Assembly: GCA_964035545.1 (NCBI GenBank) | Contig: OZ037767.1 | Coordinates: 22,150,628 to 22,214,627, forward strand | DNA: 64,000 nucleotides | Direction: 5' to 3' | From: Bugula neritina | Lineage: Eukaryota; Animalia; Bryozoa | Shown: positions 62,283 to 64,000 of the stretch, piece after piece | Layout: each line of letters starts with the position of its first letter | How positions within the stretch are numbered: the stretch's first letter is position 1 | Program-made: the position numbers and the translations under genes | The notes under the pieces: model-generated | What the model saw: the letters and a program-made list of their open reading frames with translations, nothing else | Database searches by the model: none | What the model was told of the DNA's origin: nothing

Positions 62283-63596
62283 ATGAATCACCCTATGCCA
62301 ATGGCTATGGGCCAGCAACCTGTTCAAAGTCATCAACAGCAATTTGTTCTGATAAATGCTCCTCCTTCTAACTTCGGAACTATCCCTAAAGTGAAATACT
62401 CTGCTAAAAGTCTCCCAATAGTAAAATGGTAAGCTGAAATTGATGGTAGACTTTATGTTAGTTCAGCCCTCTGCTTATCGGTAACAGCAAAGCTTTTAAA
62501 TACTGACTACTTATACACTATGGCGTAGTTATAGTGTAGCTGTAGTGTAGATGTAGTTTAGCTATAGTGTAGATGTAGTGTATCTCTCTAACTGTAAAAC
62601 TCATGAGTAACTTTGCAAATTTAAACCATTAACTACTGCAAAGTTATCTTGCAAAACTTCTCAGCTCACTACAGAAATTTATTAATAACTGGAGATCATT
62701 TGATATACTAGCCAGTCGCAGCACTGTATTCATTCTTTTTTAGCCAGTGATTTGATAAAAAAATGGTTAAAAAGAAACAAGGGAAAAGCAGCACATGCTA
62801 ATTTTACTCAAATCAAAAGCATCACTGTTACAGATTATTACGGCTGATAGATAGTACCAATAAAAATCATGACAGCATTTTGTATGATAGTTGAAATTAC
62901 TATTTCATCAAATCTATATTTTTATGCATAACTTCAAGTTAGCCTAGCCTATTTATATCTTGGTGTAATAATAAATGTTTTATAGATGTTAGAAATATAG
63001 CATATGCAGCAATAAAAATGCTCAGCACTAATTGCGGCAGCTGATGTTGTAATAGGACTGACAGGCACATGGTTAAAACATTATAGTCACATTATTTATT
63101 AATGCCGTAGCCTATAATATTTACATTTATATGATATTTTATGTTTAATTCATTTATTTATACTTTATATTGGATTTGTTTGACCAGGATGTCAGTGGTA
63201 TAAGCCTAGCAATGTTATTTTACAGTCATTTGTCTTTTGCTTCCCAACTCTTATAACTCACACGTTACTCTAATATTCAACATTGCAATATGGGCTCAAA
63301 ACCATGTTTTCACCACACAACATAAGAACCCTAAATGTGAATAGTTAGTATAGAACAGTTGTGACTACAGGTATTCGCGAGTGATATGTTTTACTTTTAG
63401 CAGTTACAATATCATTTGTAGGCTGACCATCACACAGCTGGTACTAGCATGTATTATCTTTGTACTGCATGCTGCCACCACTGCTATGAACGATCATTTT
63501 AACGCTGTGTTTGCGCCTATTAAGGATCAGCTAGATTACTTCTATGCATTGAGTTTCAGTGATGATGCAGCCACTGGGATTTGGGTTGGTATTGTG
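62283..63596 (+). CDS. MS4A/CD20-like protein, copy 3 (partial; exons 62283-62428 and 63422-63596, continues beyond the window)
   Basis: Homologous first two coding exons (KVKYSAKSLPIVKW|LTITQLVLACIIF...GIWVGIV) with the same splice phases. Confidence 0.75.
62531..62585. repeat. 11-bp tandem repeat (GTAGTGTAGAT-like) x5
   Basis: Direct reading. Confidence 0.7.
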
Positions 63597-64000
63597 GTAA
63601 GTATTGAATCCAGTTGTAGAAGTATGTTGGAGGAGCTGCGTAAGCCAGGGTAGTAGCAACCAGCCACCAAATCCACCAAATAAATTTATATCATAGTTGC
63701 CACTGCCTATTAAACAACACATAACCACAAAATGCTATAATATGATCACCTACTTCTTTTTTCAAAACTCTCTATGGAAAGATTTATTTGCGAACTATCG
63801 AAATACTGCTGCGCATGAGTACTTGGTATAATATATCTCCTGGAAGATAATTTATAAAAATATGTCAAGTTTTTAAAGCAGTAAACTCACATGTTAGTGT
63901 CATCCAAGGAAACTTGTGTAAGCTTTTGACTCCTTCATGCTCAACTTATTACATGACTCATTATTTTAGTCTATGAGTCATGCTTGGGCCATACAGTTTT

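Overview
AT-rich, intron-rich metazoan DNA, probably from an invertebrate; the taxon cannot be fixed from the sequence alone. Host genes were reconstructed by hand from GT-AG junctions with consistent reading phase. They are: a small single-TM protein (-, 2886-3071); an LRRN-like LRR-Ig-FN3-TM receptor (+, 15299-17791); a GOLIM4-like type II Golgi coiled-coil protein (+, 19260-27005); a TPBG/5T4-like LRR-TM gene (-, 28726-33655); and a tandem array of at least three MS4A/CD20-like four-TM genes (+, 48959 to the window end). Two retroelements lie between the TPBG-like gene and the MS4A array. The first is a very young, full-length Ty3/Gypsy LTR retrotransposon (34204-41652) with 306-bp LTRs differing at one base, an ATAA TSD and an 18-nt tRNA-Leu PBS. 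The second is a decayed CR1/L2-group LINE with a PHD-finger ORF1 (-, about 42870-46850). The most striking observation is that the Gypsy element carries an intact 357-aa extra ORF in the env position. It is not an envelope protein but looks like a transcription factor (acidic N-terminus, tandem C2H2/C2HC zinc fingers, C-terminal coiled coil), and the element's Gag keeps only a 'ghost' zinc knuckle with all four ligands replaced. A second unexplained pattern is a set of non-homologous AT-rich tracts with one G/C about every 6 nt. These recur near gene 5' ends and host both retroelement insertions.
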